From Moniliella sp. 'wahieum' (lineage: Eukaryota), in assembly GCA_003971905.1 (NCBI GenBank), contig RSEE01000004.1, forward strand, positions 434,001 to 498,000: a stretch of DNA of 64,000 nt, given 5' to 3'. Under the pieces are notes generated by a model that ran no database searches, was not told the origin of the DNA, and saw nothing but the letters and a program-made list of their open reading frames with translations. Position 1 is the stretch's first letter. Each line of letters opens with the position of its first letter. Below are positions 44,830 to 55,535 of this stretch, one piece after another. The position numbers and the translations under genes were made by a program.

Positions 44830-47541
44830 TACCGCCGGACGATGATAGTGGTTTGCCAGCGGGAGAATGGTGAGGTGGAATGAGATGAGCCAAAGCTCGG
44901 AAGACGATGAACTAATACAGGTAGGGATATAGAAGAAGATGCTAATGCGTTCGACTTGCACGATCCGTTTCCATCTACAAGAACTATAGAAGCGTCACTA
45001 GGCTGGAGTATAAAAAGTGAATGCTTTCTTGTCTTTGAAGACGGAAAGCCACGCTCCCGAATCATGTTGCCCACTCAGTGGGGCCGGCCTAGCGCTCTCC
45101 ATGCAATCCTATCCACGGCGAGCGGAAGGCAGGGTAGAGGCCGCAGAGCCGGTAGAGCTTGCAGGGAGAAGAAAGAAAGACCCAAGGTCAGCGGAAAACG
45201 CGCGGGCCGGAAGCACCAAAAGAGACGGTTGCCTTGGGGTTGGAGAGGGGGCTCATGGTGGAGGGAGTCCCCTGTGCGGTGCCTCTCATACCACACATCG
45301 AGCCTCCTTTGCCCAAAACCCCACCCCCCGCGGACGACCCGCCCCCGCCAGAAGAACCGCTCTGGGAGTTGACGTCAGCACCACCAAGACCTCTCGGTGA
45401 TGAGGCAGAGGAGGATGAAGTGTTAGAAGGCTCGCGCTGCGCGACCATCTCCAAGAGTTTGGTATAGTCGTCTTGACAGTGGCGTTCGGAAAATGTTGTG
45501 TCCTGGAGACCATGGAGCAAAAAGGAACGCAAGATGCCCTGGGAAACTGGTTCCGGCAGGAACACACGCATCTTGTCAACGATGCGGCGATGGCAATCTA
45601 CATACTCTGCGCCCGAAGAAGTTCCTAGGCGGAGCTCGGCAAGTTCTTGGAAAAGATCAACATGTTCAGTTACGCAAGGGTGAGCATAACGTTGTCTCAA
45701 GCGCAGGAACAATACCGAAGCAAGGCCCCTAGTTTGTTGGACGTTGAACGATGCGCCAATGTCGTGCGGGAGAAAAGCAAGGAGAGGAGTGTGCAAGCTG
45801 CGGTCCAGCTGGACAGAGTAGTTCGGGTCCTCAACACCAGCCATAATCAAAGTGCGGGCCCCAACATGGGCCTCTGTATCTAGCATTCTTAAAACGAAGT
45901 CCGCCCATCCCCAGAGGTCTTCGCCAGCCTTAAACTTGTAGACATCGTTCACGTTGTGTGAAAGCTCCATTAACGACAAGAAGACCGCAGCTTCCTCAAC
46001 GGACAATGAAATGTCCTCGGCAGGGTTGTCGGACGTTAGATTCTCCAGAACTATGCGAGTAGCCGCCACGCCCACGTCAGCACCCCAAAGTTTCTTCGCC
46101 AGGTCCTGGAGACGGTCCTTCGACACAAAGCCACTAATTTTAGTGAGCATGGAGATGATCGTGGCATCGAGCACAGGAGAGGGAGGTGGATTAACTGTCG
46201 GAACAGGGGCATTGACCGTTTCCGTCGAAGTCGGTAGGGTTTGGACGGACCGCGGGGTTGTAACAGGTTCAAGAAGGTCGGAGGGTGCCGGGGATGAGTT
46301 GTGGGAGAACCGATCACTGGAAACTACCGGCTTATCATCATCCTCAAGCATTTTCATGATGTCCTGGTCGAGTGATGAAAGTAGGGACAAAATGGCTTGG
46401 AGTTGATTGTCAAACTGTTGAAGATGGTCATCACCTTTTTGCGCCACCAAGTGCCTTTTCTCTTCAAGAACATGGCAAAGATCTTGGTATTGATGAAGCT
46501 GCTCCTTGGCCAGCTGAGAAGTTTGTTCTAAGGAGAGTCCTTCCGTAGGAAAAGGCGGCGGAAGATGGTCTTCGACCCAGTTCTGGTTCGGAAGGCGAGG
46601 GGTAGGGTGTGGAGTGGCGCCCATGGTCGACGAGAAATACGCTGGACGAGGGAGGTGGGAATGGGGAGTGCTGGGTGATCACTGCTGTACTCACTGGATG
46701 AGCAAGAGAAGAGTTGTGTAACCGGCGTGCGATGAGAACTCTGGAGTCCTGATGGTCCTCGAGGGTGAGATGCAATCGCACTAGTGATGGTGGTTGTGGT
46801 CAAGCCAACGGAAACACCTACTACAGAGGGACATCAAACTGCCAGTCGCCACACCAGGTCTATACCCGCGGAATAGGGAAAACAGAAGTGAGAGAGAACA
46901 GCGGAGCCCCTAGGCCCTAGGTCTGAGAGGGGACTGAAGGCACCCTGGCCGAACACACGAGCCACCCTGTCACCGAATGACTAAGCTCGCTCCAATTTCC
47001 AATTCTGCATCCTGTGTCTCTCGCTCTTCCCTTCCCTTTTGCTTCTGTTCTCTGCCTGATGCCTTCTGTTTCCTCCCACACCCGGTGGCTCAGTTGATAA
47101 AGCTGAGTTGACCACGTTGCCCGGCCACTGGAGTAGTCTCTGTAACATGTAACCACTGCGGCGGAAACCTTTTTTTAGGCAGTTTGTCCTCCAGCCGAGC
47201 TTGTTGGACACAATACCCAAGGCGGCCATCAGCGGTGTAAAACTACGGTATGGAGCATGTGGAGACTGGGGACCGTACGCCCCCTTTCCATAGGCTTCGA
47301 TTTTCTCGTCTTGGAGGTGAAGGGGTACTTCATTTTCGTGGCACAGCTTTTGGGTGATCCCGGCACGGTGCATCAATGTCGGCGAGTTTTTTCTAATGAG
47401 CCAGAGGGCTGGCTCTCTCTCGGCCACGTCAAGCATATAAGTTGGAAATGCCCCGGGCCGGGAAGCCTCATCGTTAGAGCATATCTCGGGATTCTGTTCT
47501 CGCATGGCCCCTCCTCTGTTAAACGTTCTGGACTTGTGCAC
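44830..47541 (-). mobile_element. Ty1/copia LTR-retrotransposon relic (gag and degenerate protease; possible LTR and RNaseH tail upstream)
   Basis: GC is lower than in flanking genes. UBN2-like gag, a degenerate zinc knuckle and the protease motif HDSGAWLSVFKDKKAFTFYTP (DSGA at 45052-45063) are present. No integrase or RT core is seen. Confidence 0.75.
45188..46624 (-). CDS. Copia-type Gag-like ORF (478 aa) with an N-terminal coiled coil
   Basis: LFLRLRQRY..LFQELAELRLG..AEYVDCHRRIVDKM..EPVSQGILRSFLLHGL fits the Retrotran_gag_2/UBN2 pattern. The ORF is intronless. Confidence 0.7.
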   Translation of the reverse strand: MGATPHPTPRLPNQNWVEDHLPPPFPTEGLSLEQTSQLAKEQLHQYQDLCHVLEEKRHLVAQKGDDHLQQFDNQLQAILSLLSSLDQDIMKMLEDDDKPVVSSDRFSHNSSPAPSDLLEPVTTPRSVQTLPTSTETVNAPVPTVNPPPSPVLDATIISMLTKISGFVSKDRLQDLAKKLWGADVGVAATRIVLENLTSDNPAEDISLSVEEAAVFLSLMELSHNVNDVYKFKAGEDLWGWADFVLRMLDTEAHVGARTLIMAGVEDPNYSVQLDRSLHTPLLAFLPHDIGASFNVQQTRGLASVLFLRLRQRYAHPCVTEHVDLFQELAELRLGTSSGAEYVDCHRRIVDKMRVFLPEPVSQGILRSFLLHGLQDTTFSERHCQDDYTKLLEMVAQREPSNTSSSSASSPRGLGGADVNSQSGSSGGGGSSAGGGVLGKGGSMCGMRGTAQGTPSTMSPLSNPKATVSFGASGPRVFR

Positions 47542-47822
47542 CTTTGGCCCGAACGCGTGAAAACAAGACTATCTCCGCTATTTCCTTCCTATAAGACAGG
47601 TATCGCACCGAACCAGTTTTGAGAGGGACGTAAGTGCGCACAGTAAGCGGTTCCTCTCTCACGTACGTCTTCTCCCCCCCTTTCGCCCCCTCCTCGTTTC
47701 TTCTCTTTCACTCGGTTTGATATACTTGTCTTCGTTACACAAAAACACAGAAACCAGCCCCTATGAATCGAGTCACGATTGGGATGAATATTGAGCCAGG
47801 TAATGTGTCCATTGCTTCTTTT

Positions 47823-48867
47823 TCATAGGTACAGGTTTCCATCGCCAGTTGCACGCGCTGCCTCGTCGGACAGATCGAGAGAGGCCGAAGGTGCTGATAC
47901 GGCATCCTTCCACTTGAGCTGCCTCAAGGGAGCGAGGGTGGTCAAAAAGGGAACCAATTTGGTATCCGCAACCGCGAAAGCCGAGGTAATCGCCGCTTGA
48001 TGTTCAGGTCCAAACGGGGGAGGAGGCCGTGAGGGGGAAGAGGCCCAGCGTACATCTGATTTGGCCAGGCCCGATCCATGGAACATTCCATGCGGTTGCT
48101 GTGAAAGGTAGGGGGCAGCAATGACAAAAACTTGGTTCGCCCCTTGTTCCAGCGCAGCACTTACCATGCTTGCGCCAAGACCGACAAGATAGTTGGGCAC
48201 GGTCAGGCTAGCGACGCCTTGCAGAGCGGAAAGAGCGTTGGGCTCGTAGCCATGGGCCAAGTATCGCACCTTGGGCCGTATCCTTCATCGCTGTTATCCC
48301 GCCCGTCATTCCAGGGTTGAATGTAGGTTCCAGCATTGTACGATGTGAGAAGGACCAAGCTGGGTAGCGAGTGGAGGAGAATCAGCACAGTAGGACGCAT
48401 GGGGGGAAACAGACATGAGAGAAAAAAGACCACAGGGATCACGTACCTTTTTGGCTGCAGCGTTTCAAGCAACGTATGTGTGAGCGCAATGGATGCTCGG
48501 GTAGGACCGTGACCGAGGGCGAAGGGCGGAGCAAGACAAAAACTGTCCAGCATCAAGTAGGACGAGGGCTTGAAGGACATGGCCAACACCAGCAAATAGG
48601 TTGCCCCACGACAGAAGGGCCAGATCCGGGAACGGATGCATCCCCCAAAGCAGAGAGGAACGAGTCGCCGCTGGGCTTTCGAGCACGACGAGCCGTTTGC
48701 CCGTGGGGGCAGCGGGGGGGCGTTGTCGAGCCACTGGAAGCGGGGCGGGGCAGGGGCGGTGCCTGGCTGCGGGGGACGGGGGGCGTGCTAGTCGTCGGAG
48801 GATTCCGAGTCGGACTCGTGGTGGCGGGGGGGCGGGGCTCGCGGGCAAAAAGGTCAAACTCGTCCAT
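47823..48867 (-). CDS. Conserved hypothetical protein, possibly proteasome assembly chaperone 1 (PAC1/Pba1)-like
   Basis: N-terminus MDEFDLF..ESDSESSDD (across a frameshift), LVLLTSY..TYI and LTVPNYLVGLGASMV, ending GNLYL*. Intron at about 48365-48446. Confidence 0.4.
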
Positions 48868-49313
48868 GGCGGGGTGGGTGTGGGTGTGCGGTGGGGGTAC
48901 GCGGTGCTCGTTAGCGGCGGGAACAGGCGGCACTTTTTGTATTCCAGCGGGGCCGCCCAGGCGGGTGTTGTGCTGCTTGCAACGTTGCAAAAGCGTCGTG
49001 GACTGTGACGCGGCCGCTGCGTTCCGCCCTGTTCCGCCGGGAATGGCAGATGCGATCACGTGATGCACTGGCTGCGGCGAGCGCCGGAGGTTCAGCGGCG
49101 CAGTCACCGGTCACAAGTCATCGGTCACCACGGCGAGCCACGGGCTGCGCTCTGCCCAGCGGACGCTGTGGTGGCACGGCCGTCTTTGCCTCCGCTGTTC
49201 TTGGTGCTGGTAAGGCCACGAAGGCATCCCACTCGTCCTCCTCGTCTCCTGCCCCTCCTCCTCCCTCCTTCCACTGCCTCCCACCGCCTCCCATCGCCTC
49301 TGCCCGCCCCAGC

Positions 49314-50082
49314 ATGCCCCCGCCCTCCGGCCCCTGCCTGCGCCCCCTGGGCCTGCCGCTTCTGAGCACGCCGCTCGTTTGACGACGATGAGGGGTATGG
49401 GATCGATTCCTACCAAGCCGCACAGGCGGCATCCCCCCCCCTATGCTCCGTCTGCACCCTCGCCCGCCTCGGCCCACGCCGCCTCCTCCCGGCCATGGCC
49501 CAGCCCCTCGGTCAGCAGGACGTTTGGGACCGGCATCAGCCCAGGCACTCGACCCGCCGGCACCACCGCCTATTCCTCCTCCCTGGGATGGAGCATCTCC
49601 AACCTCTGCTGGGCGGCCTGGGCTCTTCCCCCGTTTAGCAGCGTTTTGGTCCTCATCTACGAGACGGAAAATGTACGTTGGACCGCCTCTCTTGGTTGGG
49701 TTGGGCCAGCAGGACTAACCAGCATGTGCACTATTTCCTTTCTCCTTACCTATTGTCTTGCTTTGGCTTTGGCTTTCGCTCTTGCTTGCGCGCTTGTTCT
49801 TTTCCTTCACCGCATTGTCGCTCTTTCTACTTGACTCTCCAGGACTTGTCTCGCTTCCACGCCTATCAAGCCGGCGTGTGCGGGATAGCGTGGATCGTGG
49901 TCTTTTGGATTCTGCGCTCCCTCTTGGGCTGGAAAGCGCTCAGCATCATCTTCTTCATGGGCGGTCTGGGCTGGTTCTGGGTATGCGGTTCGGCGGCGGC
50001 TGAGAATGCCCCTTCGCTCCAGCGAGTGCCGTACATTGCTTACGCTGCGCCCATGGCCGAAGAATGGCTGGCCCAAGAGTAA
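49314..50082 (+). CDS. Small 3-4 TM membrane protein (DUF4870/Tic20-like)
   Basis: YSSSLG..LCWAAWALPPFSSVLVLIYETEN, an intron at 49673-49842, then DLSRFHAYQA..., ending VPYIAYAAPMAEEWLAQE*. Confidence 0.55.
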
Positions 50083-51042
50083 GCGAGCTGGCCGTCTCGG
50101 CCTGGCTTTGGTTTCGCATCGGTTGGCCTTACTTCAAGCTTCATCCCCATAGTTCTCATTCCTGGAGTATGCTCATCCCTTGTCCCAGCGACTGCTTCGA
50201 CGCGTGGGTCGGCTTCCGTGCTTCTTCGCCTTGTTGGTACCCACTGTCAGCCCTTTAGACGATTACGGTTGCGCCCTCATCGATGATCCAACACCATGGC
50301 TAGATCGGTCGCGCGGGCGGGTACCAACATAGACTGTTATCTTGCTCTGCACGAACGCTCGACAGCCAGCGCACCCAATCCGCCGGGGTTTCGTAATATG
50401 TGTGAGACACGAGCTCGGACGTACGAGTTGGGGCTAGGATCAGCAGGATCTGTAGATGGGTTGCTGCCGCGAGCTCGTTTCCCTTTCTCTTCATCGTCAT
50501 TCTTATCATTCGTACGCGTAGTACCCCCGCCTGCGAAGACATCACCTTTGGAATGATTTCACCGAAGACGAGCCCCAGTGGCCCTGCTCAAATTCCAAAG
50601 GGACCAAGGGACGTCCCCCTGGCTATGCGCAACATGCTCAACGTTCGGTGCATGCCGTTGTCAACACTGCCAACGGGTCCCTTCCTATAGCAAATCAAGG
50701 TTCGACTGTTGGTGGCGAACGGAAGGGGCACCGCCACCGTCTTGATAGCGGATGTACCGCATCAAAGTGCTTTGTCTTGCTTCTACAGTAGTACACATGT
50801 GCGCAGATAAACTCTTCGACAAGCATGCCGGATTATAGCGAGCTACGTATCTCGCGAGAGGTGGCGAGCGGTAGCCTAGATACAGGGCATGGCATGCAGT
50901 GATCGCCCCAAAGAGTGTCACTATACTAAGCGAGAGTAATGAGAGGAGAAGAGCAAGATTAAAAGCAAAGTCGCCAGGTGGTTTTCTACCTGGAGAGCAC
51001 ACTGGTGCAAACGGGGATGGAGGGGGTGGGGAAGAAGCCTCC

Positions 51043-54000
51043 TTACGCCTCGGGGTTCTCGATCTCCTTAGTAGGCGCAGCCGGGTCGCGCTCGGGCGCC
51101 GAAGCATAATATGCCCAGTCCCGCTTGGGCACAGCCGCGGGGGCAGACTGCAGCAAGGCACGGAACCGAACCGGATCCTCAATCGTCTCCTGCTCCAGCA
51201 CGGGGGTCGACGGCGGGACAGGAGTTGAAGGCGCGGGGTGCTCAACGGCAGCAGCCGTACAGCCTTGATTGCCGCCTTCACCTCTTCCACCGGACGGTCC
51301 GGGATGGTCTCGACCGGCTTGGTAGGCGAGACACCATCGACCGCGCTACTGCCTACAAGGTCCACCTTCGGCGTCACGGATTCGGCTTCGGCCGCCAGCG
51401 CATCCAACACCGCCTCGAGTGTGACGGGCAAATCGGGCTGGGTAAGTTGCGAGCACAAAGGATGGTCAGGCGAGGCGACCTCGCGGAGTTTCTGCTCAGC
51501 CACAGCCCGAGCTGACACCGAAAGCGGCGTGGAGGGCGTGGGCTGTGGGGCGGGTGGTTGCTGGGACTTAATATGAGTAACCAGCTGAGCACGGTGGGGC
51601 GAGTCGGGGTGAAGGTAACGAGCAAAGAGGTCCTTGACCTGTTGGTGTGTCACCACCTTGATCTCCTCAACATCACCGTAGCGCCGCAAAAAGTCATAGT
51701 AGCGCGAGCTGATGTGGTACCAGTAGCGGGTACTCTCCTCAGCCAGTGACTTGTCCGACTCGGTTGCAGCGTGAATAAGTGACTGGCGGTGCCGCTCAAA
51801 CTCTTCCGAGCTCATTTTGTCGAGCGTGTTGGAAAACTGACGGAGGAAAGCGTCGATGCGCGACTCGACGTATTCCGGCGATTGCTCCGATTGGACAAGT
51901 ACTCGCCAGCCAGCCGATCCAATCAGAATGCGGTCCGAGGAGAAGACCAAGTAGCCCAGTTGTTCCTTGGTCCGCAAAATGTCAAACACAGGCTCATTTA
52001 AGATCTGGGTAAGGAGTGCCAGGTGTGCCCGCAGCTGCGCGTTGGACAGGTCCCCGACTTGAAGGTAATACTCGATTGCGCTGTTGGGCTCGTCGGCCGA
52101 ACCAACTTGCTGGGAAAAGACGTACTTCTTTCCCCATGGCAACAGCAGGGACCGGGGAGAGATACGCTCACCTCCGATAACGCACGAGGAGAAATAATTT
52201 TCTCAGCATCCTCCGCCAGCTGGGTGGCTGCTTCGACCGACATGTTGCCGTGTACGAGCAACTCCATATGCAACCGACGAAGTACGTCAGACAAGAAGGT
52301 TTGAATCTCATCCGGTGTCAAGCTGGTCACTTCAGCCAACTTGTCCTGCGGCGTCCACATCTGCTCCATGAGGAGGTAGGTAGTGTAGTGTTGGCATGCT
52401 GATAGGGAGCCTCGTGCTTGAAGTTCTCGTACATCCGTACCACTTGGTCCTTAATCAGCTCAAACCGGGTTGGGTCAACGACAAAGTTACGCATCGTCTT
52501 CAGAATGTGAAGGACAAGGTGGGGAAGCTTGTCATTGTATCCGTGGACGCTCAACCCCATTCCGTCCATTGATGCCTCGAGGCTGTACCACAGACCGGCC
52601 AGTTCCGCGTCATAGCTGTACTCGGTCAGGACATCCTTCAGTAGTTCAACCAGCATGCGCGACTTGACCGCATTAGCCGGCGTGGCATGGAGCAAAGGCG
52701 ACCTAAGCTCCATGTAGAACTGGGCCTTGGGGCGGAAGAAACGGTCATCCTGCTTGTGCCAAAGACGGACAGGGGTGTGTTGCGGATTAAGACGGGACGC
52801 ATTGTTGAGGGTTCCTTGCCCTTGAGAGCCTCGCCCGGCACATCAAAGTTTTCAGGAATGAACAAATTGGGGTGCGGCAGTGCCAACGCAGGAGCGCCCG
52901 TTTCGGGGTTGGTGATCGAAGGGCGCTGCGTAGGGTCCGGAAGCTTTTCAAGAGTGTACTCGGTGCCATACCAGCGTTCCTTGTTCTGGTACGCGTCCGT
53001 CCCATCAGGCATCGTTTGCGCCGTGACATACACCCGGCAGGACTGCGGAGTGAAGTATTCCAGCAAACGACGGATCAAGTCCTTGTCAAACTCGCGAGGT
53101 AAATAAGGCCCCGAGAGAATCCACTCACGCGGGTAATTACGCTGCATTTGACTTGATAGTTCCGAGGTATAGGACGAGGGCGACTCCTTTTCTTTAAATT
53201 TGAAGTCAAGCTGGCTGAGCTTCTTGACCTCTTCGAAGGCCCAGTCTTGCAAGCTGCCTTCAGTCTTGAGGAGCGAAATGTAATCAAAAATCACCTTTAG
53301 CACGGATTCATACTCCTTCATCCCGCTCGTGGTCAAATCGACCGAAATCTTAAAGAAGCCAAATCCGTTTGCCATATCACTCGCCCCAGCCGAAAAGTGG
53401 TTGGACCAACCACGGGCCTTGAGCAAAGACAGAATCGAGCCAGGACCCTCGTGGCCAATCAGATGACTCAGGAACTGGGCGGGCTTGGTCTTGAAGTAGG
53501 GGTTCTGGTCGGGGATAGGGAAGGTAATCAAGAGGGCGCGGACATCTTTAACAGCGCGGTAGAAGACCTGGGTCTGCAGCTGCTCAGGCAGAAGAGGCTC
53601 GGAAGAGAACTTGGGTGGGGAAATGTTGTGGTTGGGAACGGCACTGAACTTGTCCACCACGTAGTCGGAGCTGATCCAGCGACTCCCGGCCCAAGACGAC
53701 AAGCTTCATGACGTTGGCTGAATAGTAGCGCTTGTGGAACTTGAGCAACTCATCTCTCACGTTCTGCCCGCGCTTGAGAGGCTCATCCCAAAGTGTCACT
53801 TTGCTTCCCGTGCCAAACTTGTGAAAAGGATGGGCGGGGTTGGCCAGTGATTTTTCGATCTGGAAGCCACGCCACATGTCGGACTGAAAAAATTGTCAAC
53901 AGGGATTGCCATGGGAAAAGCAAGAGTAAACGTACCTGCAAGTTCTTCTTATTTTCGCTATCAACAGCCCGGATCTCACGCTCGGTGCAGGAGGCGTCAA

Positions 54001-54703
54001 AGAGGGGCGCAATGAAGAACTGGGAAAAGCGATCCAGGGCACCCTCGAGGTGAGCATGGCCAACCGAGAAGAAGTAATTGGTATTCTCCATACCAGTGTA
54101 GGCATTGGAACCGCCATTGTGCAAAGCAAGAAACTCGGAATATTCGTTCTCGCGCGGGTACTTGGCCGTGCCGAGGAAAAGCATGTGCTCGCAAAAGTGG
54201 GCCAGGCCACTCAGATCGTCGGGGTCGGACAGATGGCCAACGTTGACGTCCATGGCAGCACTGGCTTTGTCGGTGGTAGGGTCATGAATGAGGAGGCACT
54301 CAAGGCCATTGGCGAGGGTGACAAGGCGGTAGGAGCGGTCGTCAAGGACGGGCTTCTCCACCTCGGGCTCAAACACGGCGAAGGAAGGGGAGGCGACGGC
54401 GGCATCGGCACCGGCGGCGGCGGAAGTCTTGAGAGCGTAGCCGGGCGGGAGAGGCGGGAAGGACGACGGGGCCGGGGAGCTACCTGCGGCGGAGGCAGCA
54501 GAGGGGGCAGCGGCCGTGGCGAGATTGGCGCGCTGGGCAGCGAGGGCAGGTGGGACAGACAGCATGGCGGGGCGTGCTTTGTGCGTGAGGGTGCGGGTGG
54601 GAAAGGGCGGGGCAGAGGCGGCAGCGCACAACGCACGGGCGGCAGCTGGCGTGGCTGCGGTCCGGCGGGCAGTGGCGAGGAGGGCGAGGCGGACGGGCAA
54701 CAT
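51043..54703 (-). CDS. STE23: Insulin-degrading enzyme / a-factor processing metalloprotease (M16A)
   Basis: Inverted zinc motif [14 protein letters not shown], plus [33 protein letters not shown] and [14 protein letters not shown]. Intron at about 53884-53935; frameshifts. Confidence 0.95.
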
Positions 54704-55535
54704 GTACAGAGCGCACGCGCCGGAGCCGAAGCGGGCAAGCTTGCAAGCAAGCGGAGCAAGCGAAGCAAGCAGAGAGGCGGCGGAAGCGCAGACGCAGGAG
54801 CGAACGCGAAGACGCGGGTGGGTACGAAGGCCCGAGCCGAAGTGGTGGTGGGGTGGGGTGGGGTGGTGGCGGTGGCGGACGAAGAGCGGAGCACAACAGA
54901 GGATGGGTGTCGGCTGTGTCGGGGGATCGTTTGCGGTGGCTTGGCTCTGGCCTGCTCTGGCCGCTTCGGAGCAGCGGGGCTGCGTTGCGGGTCCGGCAAT
55001 TTGATTGCATGCACGTCCACGCCTAGGGTTGCGCCGCACCCCCTAAAGCCACACTGGCCCCGCTGGCCTCCGCGGGGGATTTGGTAATCCCCGGCGGCTT
55101 GGGACGGCAGCCTGCAATATTCAACGGCATTGGACAGACGCCGAAGGAAAACCGTCGGGATTTCAGGAATTTCGGGGAGCACGCTTCCTGTTCTTGGATG
55201 GAAGCTTGGCCCGAGAAGGCAAGTAAGGCCGCTGTAAGGCCGCTGTCGTCATTACAATCATCGTTTGCCAGTATGGCTGCCAGCCCACTCTCATCAACGT
55301 TCAACTTGAACTGCTTCAAGGCAGCCTCCAAATGCAACCAAACGTCCATCATTTCCAAAAGTCCACAAAAAGTCCAACGCTCCACGGCCAGTCCATGCGA
55401 GAGTAATCCAAACGAGTGGAGAAAAGGCGACAGGAGATCAAAAAGGGGAGTGCAGGAGCGTAGCGTTACCGGAACACCAGACGAGACAGGGGGGTCATAT
55501 GGGGGGAAAGGAAAACGTATCAAAGGAGATCGAAC

